A stretch of DNA of 64,000 nucleotides from Candidatus Limnocylindrus sp. (GTDB lineage: Bacteria > Chloroflexota > Limnocylindria > Limnocylindrales > Limnocylindraceae). Both the position numbers and the translations under genes were made by a program. The stretch covers positions 185,976 through 249,975 of the forward strand of contig JBBAWM010000001.1 in assembly GCA_040397175.1 (NCBI GenBank). The letters run 5' to 3'. Below, piece after piece: positions 1-9,251 of this stretch; position 1 is the stretch's first letter; the number at the start of each line of letters is the position of its first letter. The notes beneath the pieces were generated by a model. It ran no database searches and was not told the DNA's origin. It saw only the letters and a list, made by a program, of their open reading frames with translations.

Positions 1-1
1 C

Positions 2-319
2 GGCGCCGAGAAGAACAAGGGAATTCGCCTCAACGGTCTACGACCAGAGGTTGTGACGATCGGTGAGAACGGCGTGAGTGTTGCCGACCTCTGGGTGCAC
101 GACGAGACCGACCCTGATGCCACGCGCACGCAGATCCTGAGCCGCATGTGGTGGCCCGACTTCCCCGTACCGGTTGGCGTCTTCCGTCGCGTGCCACGCC
201 CAACGCACGACCAGCTGCTGATTGAGCAGATCGATGGAGCGAAGGCGGCGCGTGCCGCGAAGGGTCCTGTCGACCTGCAGAAGCTCCTCGCCTCCGGGGA
301 GACCTGGACGGTCGAGTGA
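2..319 (+). CDS. 2-oxoacid:ferredoxin oxidoreductase beta subunit, C-terminal part (truncated by window edge)
   Basis: Frame 2 is open from the window start (GAEKNKGIRLNG...VHDETDPD...FPVPVGVFRRV...GETWTVE), resembling KorB-type C-termini. Confidence 0.75.
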   Translation, partial: GAEKNKGIRLNGLRPEVVTIGENGVSVADLWVHDETDPDATRTQILSRMWWPDFPVPVGVFRRVPRPTHDQLLIEQIDGAKAARAAKGPVDLQKLLASGETWTVE

Positions 320-729
320 CCACGCCGCGCCTGCTGGTGCTGGCCGACGATCTGATCTGGTCCACTCGACTCGAAGGACAGGGGCGCACCCTTGGCGCTG
401 ACGTGCATCGATTCACCACGCCAGCACCACTCCTCGCCGTTCTTGCTACCCACCCAGCAACCCCCACCGACCTGGTGGCGATTGACGCCACCGCCCGCGC
501 CTACGACGCCGAGGCGGTGGTCCGAGAGGCGTCAGCCACCGGTGCCCGCGTCCTCGCCCTGGTGCAGCACGACGATCCTGAGGGGCGGGGGAGCCTGATC
601 GCCGCAGGCGCGGTGCGCGCCATGCCGTACCGCGCGCTCTTTGAGCGCGGGCATGCGATCCTCGCAGGGTTACTTGATCTGCCGGTTCCGCCGGCGACGA
701 GCCCAGCAACAACAGGGGAGGGTGCATGA
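316..729 (+). CDS. Hypothetical protein, receiver-domain-like
   Basis: LLVLADDL...LVAID pattern; GTGA and ATGA overlaps with both neighbours. Confidence 0.55.
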   Translation: MTTPRLLVLADDLIWSTRLEGQGRTLGADVHRFTTPAPLLAVLATHPATPTDLVAIDATARAYDAEAVVREASATGARVLALVQHDDPEGRGSLIAAGAVRAMPYRALFERGHAILAGLLDLPVPPATSPATTGEGA

Positions 730-1973
730 GCAACCGAAGCGCCGAGATCACCGCCGCCTATGACGCCGCGACTCCAGGCCTAGGTGCCGGTCATGCCCTT
801 GAGGCGAAGCTCATCGGACCCGCCGCCTATGCTGCGCGACTCTCCGCCGCGCGCGACGCGGTGAACGACGCTGGCCTTGATGCGGTACTGCTCGGTTTCG
901 GCGCTGACATGCGCTACCTCACCGGTTACGCCGCACCAGCACTTGAGCGACTCACCATGTTGGTGATTCCAGCGAACGGCGCACCATCACTCGTCGTGCC
1001 GCGACTCGAGGCGGGCATGGCCGGCGATGCGCCAGCGATGCGCGGTGGCCATGTGGCGTGCGTACCGTTCGGCGAGACCGACGATCCGTTCGCCCTTGTC
1101 GCAAGCGCAGTCAAGGCGGGCGGCCGACCAGGCCCTGCTGCGCGCGGCGTGGCTGTTTCGGATCGACTCTGGTCAACCTTCTTGATTCGCATTGAGGCGG
1201 CACTGCGCACGAATGGCGCAATCAACCAGACTCAACTTGCTTCTGCCGTGATCGGCAAGCTGCGCATGGTGAAGTCGGCCGAAGAGGCGGCACTGTTGCG
1301 CGGCGCAGGTCGTGCCGTCGACACCGTCATCATGGCGATCACCAGCGGCAAGCTGCTCGGTCGCACTGAGAACGATGTCGCGCGCGAAGTGCGCGAGCGA
1401 CTCACGGGTGCAGGGCACGAGGTCTCATCATTCGCCATCGTCGGCTCCGGCCCAAACTCGGCCTCGCCACACCACGAGGCCTCGTCACGCGTGATCAACG
1501 CAGGCGACGCCATCGTGCTCGACATCGGTGGCGTTTTCGGTGGCTATGGTTCCGACACCACCCGAACCATTTGGGTGACCGGGCCGAACGGTGCGGTGCC
1601 GCCAACGGATGACTTCCTGCGCCGCTACGAGATCCTGAAGCGCTCCCACCAGGCGGCGATGGATCATGTTCGCCCAGGGGTGAGCTGTGAAGCGGTCGAC
1701 GCCGCCGCCCGCGCCGTGATCGACGCGGCAGGGGAGGGGGCCCGCTTCTTCCACCGCACCGGGCACGGAATCGGCCTCGAGGAGCACGAGGATCCGTACA
1801 TCGTCGCGGGGAACACCACGAAGCTCGTTCCGGGCCACGCCTTCTCGATTGAGCCAGGCATCTACGTCGAGGGCGTCAACGGTGCTCGCATTGAAGACAT
1901 CGTCCTCTGCGGCGACAGCGCAGTAGATGCGTTGAACCACACCAAGCGCGACCTTTACGTGGTGGGCGGATGA
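726..1973 (+). CDS. Xaa-Pro peptidase, M24B family
   Basis: DIGG, SDTTRT, HRTGHGIGLEEHE, SIEPGIY, RIED metal-binding motifs. Confidence 0.92.
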   Translation: MSNRSAEITAAYDAATPGLGAGHALEAKLIGPAAYAARLSAARDAVNDAGLDAVLLGFGADMRYLTGYAAPALERLTMLVIPANGAPSLVVPRLEAGMAGDAPAMRGGHVACVPFGETDDPFALVASAVKAGGRPGPAARGVAVSDRLWSTFLIRIEAALRTNGAINQTQLASAVIGKLRMVKSAEEAALLRGAGRAVDTVIMAITSGKLLGRTENDVAREVRERLTGAGHEVSSFAIVGSGPNSASPHHEASSRVINAGDAIVLDIGGVFGGYGSDTTRTIWVTGPNGAVPPTDDFLRRYEILKRSHQAAMDHVRPGVSCEAVDAAARAVIDAAGEGARFFHRTGHGIGLEEHEDPYIVAGNTTKLVPGHAFSIEPGIYVEGVNGARIEDIVLCGDSAVDALNHTKRDLYVVGG

Positions 1974-2281
1974 ACGACGGTCCAGTCGCGAGCGCACAGC
2001 AGCAGGTCCGCCAGGCGACTCCGGCGCAGGTGCGTCGCATCGCCAAAGCGCGACCCTATGTGCCGCTGCACGACTTGCGACGAACCTATGGTTTGCCTGG
2101 CGACGAAGAGATCACCACGCGCATCGAGACGCCCGAAGGTCCAGCATGGATCGGTTTGCCAGAGCGCGAGGCACGAATCATCGAGAGCCTGGTGCGCGAA
2201 GGAGAGATCGCGCTGATCTTTGCAGACTCACCGCGAGCCCGCGTGGTGCTCGGCTTCCACAGCCTAACGCTGCACGCCTAA
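1970..2281 (+). CDS. Hypothetical protein
   Basis: ATGA overlap with the peptidase; host-like codon usage. Confidence 0.65.
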   Translation: MNDGPVASAQQQVRQATPAQVRRIAKARPYVPLHDLRRTYGLPGDEEITTRIETPEGPAWIGLPEREARIIESLVREGEIALIFADSPRARVVLGFHSLTLHA

Positions 2282-2808
2282 GCGTCGACTCCTTCGCCGC
2301 GCAGCAGTGCGCGCTTGAAGGCAATCGGATCCGTTGCCCCAGGACGCCAGCTACTCCCAGCGCCGCCACCGAATCCACCAATGCCGTTTGACGCCAACAC
2401 GCGATGGCAGGGGATCAGCACGGGCACGCGGTTCTTGCCGAGTGCGCCACCGACGGCCCGCGCGGCACGTGGTGACCCACTCGCTGCTGCTATTTCGCTG
2501 TAGGTCGCCGTTTTGCCGAATCGCACGCCGGCGAGTGCACGCAAGACGCGCTGCTCAAACTCTGTTGCCCATGAAATGTCGACTGCGGCGAGTCGCTCGC
2601 GCGCAGTGAGCTGCCCACGTAGGGCGGCGTTCAGGATGCGGTTCACATCGCGCGCACTGGCGATCGGTCCAGCTGCGCGGCGGCCCACCGCAGCGTTGGC
2701 CACCGGCGCAAACGGCGCATGTGGGTCGAGGGCGATGGCGCAGATGCGGCCGTTCTCCACGGCCACGGGGAGAGCCCCCCACGGGCTCGACCACGAGTAG
2801 ATCTGCAT
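2278..2808 (-). CDS. ogt: Methylated-DNA-protein-cysteine methyltransferase
   Basis: TYSEIA, AARAVG and IPCHRV active-site motif. Confidence 0.92.
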   Translation of the reverse strand: MQIYSWSSPWGALPVAVENGRICAIALDPHAPFAPVANAAVGRRAAGPIASARDVNRILNAALRGQLTARERLAAVDISWATEFEQRVLRALAGVRFGKTATYSEIAAASGSPRAARAVGGALGKNRVPVLIPCHRVLASNGIGGFGGGAGSSWRPGATDPIAFKRALLRGEGVDA

Positions 2809-2866
2809 GCGCGCAGCCTAGCCGCAGGGGCGTATCGCCCGGGTGAGGCGTATACTCCCCCTGAGT

Positions 2867-5215
2867 ATGTCAACCGAACCGGCTCCTGCGGCACCTGCGG
2901 CCCCCGTGGCGGAGATTGCCCTCCCCGTCACCGGGATGACCTGCGCCTCGTGCGTGAACCGCGTGGAGCGATTCCTGAAGAAGGCCGACGGCGTGAGCGG
3001 GGCGAGCGTGAACCTTGCGACCTCGATGGCCACCATTCAGTACGCGCCTGAGGCAACGGGCGTTGCTGATCTCGCTGCGGTGATCAGCGCAGCTGGATAC
3101 GAGGTTCCCGCCGCAGCTCTCGCCCTCGCCGGACGCGAAGGAGACGCCGACGCACAAGAGGCGCGCCAAGCACTCGATGCTGAGCTCGTCGCCGCGCGCA
3201 CCAAAGAGACGCGCGGACTTCTCCGTGACGGAATCATCGCCACGATCTTCGGCTTCGGCGCGATGGCACTCATGTTGCAGCCGTGGTTCTTCATTAGCAT
3301 GGAGCGCATCAACTGGATCCTGATCGTGCCCTCCACCATCATTCAGTTCGCGGTCGGCTGGCGCTTCCACTCGCGCGCACTGCGCGCACTTCGTCACGGC
3401 TCGCTCACCATGGAGACACTCGTCAGTCTCGGCACGACGGCCGCATGGGGCTGGTCGGTGGCGATTACCCTCTTCCATTCGCAGCTGATGCGCGTTGGCG
3501 TTCCGGCGCACGCAACGTGGGATGCGGCAGCACTCATTCTCGGCTTTGTCGCACTCGGTCGCTGGATGGAGGCGCGCGCCAAGGAGCAGACCACCAGCGC
3601 GGTGCGCGGAATCCTCGCGCTGCAGCCACGAGAGGCAGAACTACTTGCAACCGCCGACGCACCAACCGCAACGACCATCGCCGTAAACAAGGTCATTGCT
3701 GGCGATCTGCTGCGCATTCGCCCTGGTGGTCGCATCCCAGTGGACGGCATCATCGTGAGCGGACGCGCCGCCGTCGATGAGTCGGCCATCACTGGCGAGT
3801 CACTTCCTGTCGAGCGCGGCCCAGGGAGCCGACTCGCTGCGGGCACGCTCCTCACCGATGCGTCGATCATCATGCGCGCGACGCAGGTAGGAGCAAACAC
3901 CACGTTGGCGCGCATCGTGGCCATGGTCGAGCGGGCACAGGGATCGAAGCCTGCGATTGCCCGTCTCGCCGATCGCATCTCAGAGGTGTTCGTTCCCGCC
4001 ATCCTGTTGATCGCCGTTGCCACCTTTGTTGGCTGGTATCTGCTCGGGGCCGAGCCGCGCCTCGTGCGCGCCGTGGCCACCGCCATCGCCGTGCTCGTGG
4101 TTGCCTGCCCCTGCGCAATGGGCCTCGCCACCCCCACCGCCGTGATCGCCGGCACCGGCCGCGGCGCTGAGGCGGGAATCCTCGTGCGCGACGCCGCCAT
4201 CCTCGAGGCGGCAGGGAAGCTGCGCGCCGTCGTCTGGGATAAGACCGGCACCCTCACCCTCGGCCAGCACGCCCTCGTCGGCCGCCTTGCTCTTACCACC
4301 GGTCCACTCGCTGGCGACACGGATCGCCTCCTGCAGATCGCCGCCGCCACCGAATCTTCATCGGAGCATCCACTCGCTCGCGCCATCGTCCGCGCAGCCG
4401 GAACGGTCGCAGTAAAGGCCACCGACTTCGCCATGCACGCAGGGCATGGCGTAAGCGCAACCGTCGATGGTGCAGCGGTGCGCATCGGCACCGAGGCCTT
4501 CACCGCCACGATCAACCCCGAGCTCACCAGGTGGGCATCAGGAGAGGCGGCTGCGGGACGCACGCCGCTCTTTATCTCAATGAACGGCGAATCTGCCGGC
4601 GCGCTCAGCCTTGCCGATACGGTTCGCCCAGAGAGCGCCGCCGCGATCCGTGCACTGAGCGCACGCGGCATTGAGTCGTGGATCATCAGCGGCGATCGCC
4701 AAGAGGTGGTGAACGCCATCGCCCACGACCTCAGCATTCCATCAGAGCGCGCCCGCGGCGGCATTCTTCCTGGCGGTAAGGGCGAGGCGATCGCCGAGAT
4801 TCGACGCAGCAGCAGTGGGCCCGTAGCGATGGTGGGAGATGGCGTGAACGACGCGCCAGCACTCGCCGCTGCTGACGTAGGTATCTCCATGGGTGGCGGA
4901 ACCGAGATCGCGATCGATGCATCGGCTGCAACCTTGAGCGGCGCAGACCCGCGCGGTGTGCCACTCCTCGTCGATCTTGCGCGCGCTACCACGCGCATCA
5001 TCAAGCAGAACCTTGGTTGGGCCTTTGGTTACAACATCATCCTGGTGCCACTCGCCGCCGGCCTCTTGCTCCCAACTTTCGGCATCGGACTTGACCCAGC
5101 ACTCGCCGCCGCCGCCATGGGTGGATCGAGCGTGACGGTGGTGCTGAATGCTCTGAGGCTGCGAAGGCTGCCGTTAGAACGCAACAACCTGAATCCTGTT
5201 AGGAATCCGCGTTAA
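2867..5215 (+). CDS. copA: Cu(+)-translocating P1B-type ATPase
   Basis: GMTCASC metal-binding domain, TGES, CPC, DKTGT, SEHPL, GDGVNDAP, YN and MxxSS motifs; ATG at 2867 follows a TATACT box. Confidence 0.93.
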   Translation: MSTEPAPAAPAAPVAEIALPVTGMTCASCVNRVERFLKKADGVSGASVNLATSMATIQYAPEATGVADLAAVISAAGYEVPAAALALAGREGDADAQEARQALDAELVAARTKETRGLLRDGIIATIFGFGAMALMLQPWFFISMERINWILIVPSTIIQFAVGWRFHSRALRALRHGSLTMETLVSLGTTAAWGWSVAITLFHSQLMRVGVPAHATWDAAALILGFVALGRWMEARAKEQTTSAVRGILALQPREAELLATADAPTATTIAVNKVIAGDLLRIRPGGRIPVDGIIVSGRAAVDESAITGESLPVERGPGSRLAAGTLLTDASIIMRATQVGANTTLARIVAMVERAQGSKPAIARLADRISEVFVPAILLIAVATFVGWYLLGAEPRLVRAVATAIAVLVVACPCAMGLATPTAVIAGTGRGAEAGILVRDAAILEAAGKLRAVVWDKTGTLTLGQHALVGRLALTTGPLAGDTDRLLQIAAATESSSEHPLARAIVRAAGTVAVKATDFAMHAGHGVSATVDGAAVRIGTEAFTATINPELTRWASGEAAAGRTPLFISMNGESAGALSLADTVRPESAAAIRALSARGIESWIISGDRQEVVNAIAHDLSIPSERARGGILPGGKGEAIAEIRRSSSGPVAMVGDGVNDAPALAAADVGISMGGGTEIAIDASAATLSGADPRGVPLLVDLARATTRIIKQNLGWAFGYNIILVPLAAGLLLPTFGIGLDPALAAAAMGGSSVTVVLNALRLRRLPLERNNLNPVRNPR
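5069..5182 (+). repeat. Direct repeat copy 1 (3' end of copA, 114 bp)
   Basis: Aligns without gaps to 8291-8404, 15 mismatches in 114 nt by hand count. Confidence 0.95.
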
Positions 5216-5270
5216 AACCTGCTAACTTCTCCGTATCTGAACCAGATTCTGAGTAAGGGGAGGTAAGAAA

Positions 5271-5651
5271 ATGCGTCGCAACAAGTACTTGGGGCTAATC
5301 TCGGGTGGGGTCGCCAGCCTAGTTCTAGCGTCGGCCGCCATTGCTAGTTCGATCGGCCCAAACACGCCTACCAGTCAGGGTCCAGGCTGGAATTCAATTA
5401 CATACCAAGCGACTAATACTACGTTCAGTATTCGAAATTGCTCAGCATCAGCTTCAACTTTGACGTTCGAGGTCATGAGGCACTGGCTGTTTTCCCCTAG
5501 TACTGGCACTGGTAAGAAAACCTACACGTGCAGTTCATCGTCAACGTATGTCTCAAAAACTTGGAGCAACACCGTGGGTGACTATAGCGTCGAATACAGC
5601 CCTTGGATCAATAGCGCGACGGTAAGCCTGACCTATTTCATCTCGTATTAA
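5271..5651 (+). CDS. Small secreted Ser/Thr-rich protein with two Cys (putative bacteriocin-like or signalling substrate)
   Basis: Strong SD AGGGGAGGT; Sec signal peptide MRRNK-hydrophobic-AIA; two Cys in the mature part. Confidence 0.75.
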   Translation: MRRNKYLGLISGGVASLVLASAAIASSIGPNTPTSQGPGWNSITYQATNTTFSIRNCSASASTLTFEVMRHWLFSPSTGTGKKTYTCSSSSTYVSKTWSNTVGDYSVEYSPWINSATVSLTYFISY

Positions 5652-6397
5652 TGCGCGGGCTCCTGTTTCGAGAGATTAGTTTTGGCTATAAACGGAAGAA
5701 TCAAGGAGAGCTAGCCGTCCTACAACGCTTAACTTGGCACGTGCCTACAGGCGTTACCGCCCTGCTTGGCATCAATGGTGCAGGCAAGAGCACGCTCTTG
5801 TCCCTTGGCGCGACGGCGTTGATGCCGAGGAGTGGCAAGGTGTCACTCAACGAGCTGGATTCCCGCGATCAGCGAACCCAATTTCGAGCGCGCGTGGCAT
5901 GGATGCCGCAGCAATATCGAGCAGTACCGGGGCTCACAGTTCGAGAACAGGTGGCGTATTCCGGTTGGCTGAAGGGTATGAGTCGTGACGATGCATGGCG
6001 CGGGGCCTCCGAAGCGTTGGCACGCGTGAGGCTGCAGGATCTAGCTGACCAGCCTGCAAGTGAACTTTCAGGAGGCCAGCAACGGCGCGTTGGCCTTGCC
6101 AGTGCCCTGGTCCACCACGCAGAAGTGTTGCTGCTCGATGAGCCCACCTCTGGGCTCGATCCAGAGCAGCGAGCCCTGTTCCGTGAACTACTGGTAAACA
6201 TTGGCGCCGACCGGACGGTTGTGGTTTCAACACACGACACAGGTGAAATCACGACGGCCTATGAGCATGTCGCGGTACTTCACGCAGGAAACATCGCCTT
6301 TGACGGCGCCTTGCAGGCCTTCTCGGCGCGTGCCCCAGCGGGGAGTGAGCGCCCGATTGAATCCGCATTTCTGGCTCTGATCGCTGGCGGTAAGTAG
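5651..6397 (+). CDS. ABC transporter ATP-binding protein
   Basis: GINGAGKST, LSGGQQRR, LLLDEPT, STH motifs. Confidence 0.93.
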   Translation: MRGLLFREISFGYKRKNQGELAVLQRLTWHVPTGVTALLGINGAGKSTLLSLGATALMPRSGKVSLNELDSRDQRTQFRARVAWMPQQYRAVPGLTVREQVAYSGWLKGMSRDDAWRGASEALARVRLQDLADQPASELSGGQQRRVGLASALVHHAEVLLLDEPTSGLDPEQRALFRELLVNIGADRTVVVSTHDTGEITTAYEHVAVLHAGNIAFDGALQAFSARAPAGSERPIESAFLALIAGGK

Positions 6398-7672
6398 GTG
6401 CGTCTTCGCACAATGCTCAGAATTTCGCCCGCAGTTTGGCTGACCTTACCTACGCTGATTCTGTCCATTCTCTATGTGACCAAGGCGATCTACCCGAACA
6501 ACTACGGTGTCGCAGCGACGGCGGGTGCAACCTCGTCTATGGCGTTCTTGGTTGGATTTGTTGCGATGACTGCGGCATGGGAGGCTGCACGGCTTCGTCG
6601 CGGCGGCATTTGGGATGCGCCGCATACACGTTCTAGGTTCGACATCACCATCATTGCGGTAACCCCCTCAATTCTATTGGGAGCCGTATTCCTACTCGGG
6701 ACTGTCGTTGCTGCCTCTGTCTACGGTCAGGCCGGGCTGCCTGAGATTCGCATGGTTGTCGTTGGATTCGTTGCAATCTGTGCGTGGAGCCTGGTGGGCT
6801 TCCTTGCAGGACTACGACTCCCCATGTCGGTGTCGCTACCGGGCATGCTTTTGGCGCCATTCCTCTGGTTCGCCTTTGTGCCAGCACTCCCTGTGGAATG
6901 GTTGCGTCATCTCAGCGGCATGTACCGAGATTGCTGCCGGATCGGTGCCGATATTGCCCCGGCGGCGCTGCTCGCAGGCCTGATCATGAATGTGACAATC
7001 ATCGTCATCGCGCTCTATGCGATCGGCGCTCTCGGTATGCGATGGTCACGCATCGTCGCAACCGCAATGCTCGTTACAGGGGTGATGGTCAGTAGCGCGT
7101 TCGCCTGGAATGTTGGTCCGATCCCAGAGGTTGCGCGCGATCAGTCCGCCTTAAAGTGCAGCACAGTGAGCGCAGCAGAGTTGTGCCTGTGGCCCGAGCA
7201 CGACAGCCCCACACAACTGTTTCGGCCGACGCTGACTGCAGTGATAGTGGAACTGGCTCGTCAGGAATTGCCGATCCCAGGCCGCTGGAGTGAAGAGCTC
7301 GCGAGCGCCACATCAGTGGATACGTTGACGCTCGACTTGTGGAAGTCAGATCCAGATTCAATTCGCTGGTCAATCGCACAGGGACTGGCGCCCTGGCCAG
7401 CGTGTTCGGAGGCTTCAGACTCAGGGTTTAGCGGTTCCTCAATTGATGTGTTGCGGGGCTGGTGGTTCACTGCGATGGGTGGGTCCGAAGCGATGCTGCA
7501 AGAGAATCTCGGCTGGTTGATCGCAGATCCGTCAGCATCTGGCGGCATTCCAATCAAGGACCTATACAGCGCCGTTGGCTCCGCTCCAGTCACATCGCGC
7601 GTTGCTTGGTTGGAGCGGCTTACATCCTTGGTTGCTGAATGCCAGTCGCCCGATGACTACAGCGTTCAATAG
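6398..7672 (+). CDS. ABC-type membrane protein with Cys-rich extracytoplasmic domain (DUF7224-like)
   Basis: Several N-terminal TM helices, then DCC, CLWPEH and further Cys; family name recalled, not searched. Confidence 0.7.
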   Translation: MRLRTMLRISPAVWLTLPTLILSILYVTKAIYPNNYGVAATAGATSSMAFLVGFVAMTAAWEAARLRRGGIWDAPHTRSRFDITIIAVTPSILLGAVFLLGTVVAASVYGQAGLPEIRMVVVGFVAICAWSLVGFLAGLRLPMSVSLPGMLLAPFLWFAFVPALPVEWLRHLSGMYRDCCRIGADIAPAALLAGLIMNVTIIVIALYAIGALGMRWSRIVATAMLVTGVMVSSAFAWNVGPIPEVARDQSALKCSTVSAAELCLWPEHDSPTQLFRPTLTAVIVELARQELPIPGRWSEELASATSVDTLTLDLWKSDPDSIRWSIAQGLAPWPACSEASDSGFSGSSIDVLRGWWFTAMGGSEAMLQENLGWLIADPSASGGIPIKDLYSAVGSAPVTSRVAWLERLTSLVAECQSPDDYSVQ

Positions 7673-7673
7673 C

Positions 7674-8288
7674 GTGTCCCTGTATCGAAAAATTCGTCGA
7701 GTTAATCTGATCACTCTTTCGGTCGTCGGATCGGCACTTCTTTTGCAAGTCCCGGCCAGCGCAATCTCTATTCGGGTGAGTCCTATTGGCGCACCGCTGA
7801 TGATCGCCCTCTTCATCGCTTTGGGGTTGCCAAGCGCCTTAGGATTTGGGCTGTCTAGCGGACTTCCCGCGCAAGAGTCCGTAGCAGCGCGCCGTATACG
7901 TCGCTACGACGCTGTACTCGTGGCCTCAAGCGTTTGTGCATTCTTGGCTCTTGGAGCCATCGGTGCACAGGTGTCTGCGGGAATCAATGTTTCAGGTGTA
8001 GGCGATACGTATCTAATTGCCACACGAGCGCTTATGACCTACCTAGGCTGGCTACTCGTCGCCCGGTTTTTTGTTGGATGGCGCACCGCTTCAATTGCGC
8101 CGGCGCTCTACCTCCTGGCGGTTGGAGTCTTTGGTTTCGCTGACGAATCCGCTGCGGCTGAATGGGCTTGGATCGGTCTCCCGGCGAATGACGGTTGGGC
8201 CTGGGCGTGTACGTGGATATTGCTTGGGTTGGGTACAGCGCTCTGGGCTTTTCGCCCTAACTGGTCAATCGAGGTGCGTGCGGCCTAG
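7674..8288 (+). CDS. Membrane protein, probable second permease or immunity subunit
   Basis: About 6 hydrophobic helices; GTG just after the upstream stop (ATG 7653 is an alternative start). Confidence 0.7.
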   Translation: MSLYRKIRRVNLITLSVVGSALLLQVPASAISIRVSPIGAPLMIALFIALGLPSALGFGLSSGLPAQESVAARRIRRYDAVLVASSVCAFLALGAIGAQVSAGINVSGVGDTYLIATRALMTYLGWLLVARFFVGWRTASIAPALYLLAVGVFGFADESAAAEWAWIGLPANDGWAWACTWILLGLGTALWAFRPNWSIEVRAA

Positions 8289-8290
8289 TT

Positions 8291-8419
8291 CTCCCAGCCT
8301 TTAGGATCGGCCTCGATCCAGCACTCGCCGCAGCCGCCATGGGCGGATCGAGCGTGACGGTGGTGCTGAATGCCCTGAGGCTGCGAAGGCTGCCACTAGA
8401 GCGATATCGGTTGAACTAG
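8291..8419 (+). pseudogene. Orphan copA 3'-end fragment (direct repeat copy 2) with its own stop codon
   Basis: Translates LPAFRIGLDPALAAAAMGGSSVTVVLNALRLRRLPLERYRLN*, versus copA LPTFGIGLDPALAAAAMGGSSVTVVLNALRLRRLPLERNNLN... Confidence 0.92.
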
Positions 8420-8534
8420 CACCCCCTGCTAGGATTTCTCGGGCTACTGATTGGCGCAAGTTTGGTCGGCAAACTGTCATCCCAGCCGCAGTTGCATGAG
8501 AGCAGCTGAGTCAAGGCAAGGAGGTTCTCCAAAA

Positions 8535-9251
8535 GTGGGATACACCCTCATCACCGGAGGATCTCGAGGTCTTGGTTTCGAGTGCGCCAAGGCGCTGCGG
8601 GCGAGCGGCCAAACGGTGCTGCTGATCGCAAAGGATGAACCGCGCTTGGCCGCAGCTGCCCAAAGCCTGGGCTGTGAGTACCAGAGTGTGGACCTTGCGG
8701 ATCTTGAGGCGACCGAGAAGGCGTTCACTGCGATCCTCGCCACGCGTGGTGCCCCTGATGTGCTGATCCTTGCGCACGGGGTGATGAGTGAAAAGTCTTC
8801 CAAAACCTTCGCTACGAATATCGACGAGTGGCGCCGGGTGATGTCGATCAATTTGGATTCTGTCTTTTGTGCACTCAATATTCTTGCGAAGCCAATGGCT
8901 GAGGCGCGACAAGGGCGGGTGGTTGTCTTCTCGGCGTGTCTTGGTCGTATGTCAGGACCAGGCAACGCAGGGGGGTTAATTCCTTACCGTGTGAGCAAGG
9001 CGGGGGTCAATGCACTCGTACGCAACCTTGCGCATGAAACGCTCCACGGCAAGCGCGGCTTCCTGATCGACGCTGTCTGCCCCAATCACTCCCGGACCGA
9101 CATGGGCGGGCCAGGCGCACCACTCTCTGCCGAAGAGGGCGCCGATACGGCGATCTGGTTGGCAACCCGACCGTTCAACGTCGAGGGCGCTTCCGATCAA
9201 GAGAAGCTGACTGGAGTGCTATGGGAGGAGCGAAACGTAATCCCATGGTGA
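8535..9251 (+). CDS. SDR-family oxidoreductase (carbonyl reductase-like)
   Basis: TGGSRGLG and YRVSK motifs, RTDMGG; GTG start after AGGAGG SD. Confidence 0.88.
   Translation: MGYTLITGGSRGLGFECAKALRASGQTVLLIAKDEPRLAAAAQSLGCEYQSVDLADLEATEKAFTAILATRGAPDVLILAHGVMSEKSSKTFATNIDEWRRVMSINLDSVFCALNILAKPMAEARQGRVVVFSACLGRMSGPGNAGGLIPYRVSKAGVNALVRNLAHETLHGKRGFLIDAVCPNHSRTDMGGPGAPLSAEEGADTAIWLATRPFNVEGASDQEKLTGVLWEERNVIPW

Larger units (their letters stand above)
5183..8290 (+). mobile_element. Integrated accessory cassette bounded by copA 3'-end direct repeats
   Basis: Flanking repeats; AT-richer composition (24/60 GC at 5401-5460 versus 46/60 at 4141-4200); no integrase gene inside. Confidence 0.75.

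Noticed and set aside
3394-5004. 536-aa antisense ORF, and similar long ORFs at 10562-11593, 24488-25873 and 44494-45771
   Set aside because: Shadow frames opposite well-supported genes, expected in high-GC DNA; no recognisable motifs.
5195-5230. CCTGYTAGGA similarity after both copA tails (about 5195 and 8425) as an extended att site
   Set aside because: Short, offset differently from the repeat, and more simply explained as extended -10 promoter-like sequence.
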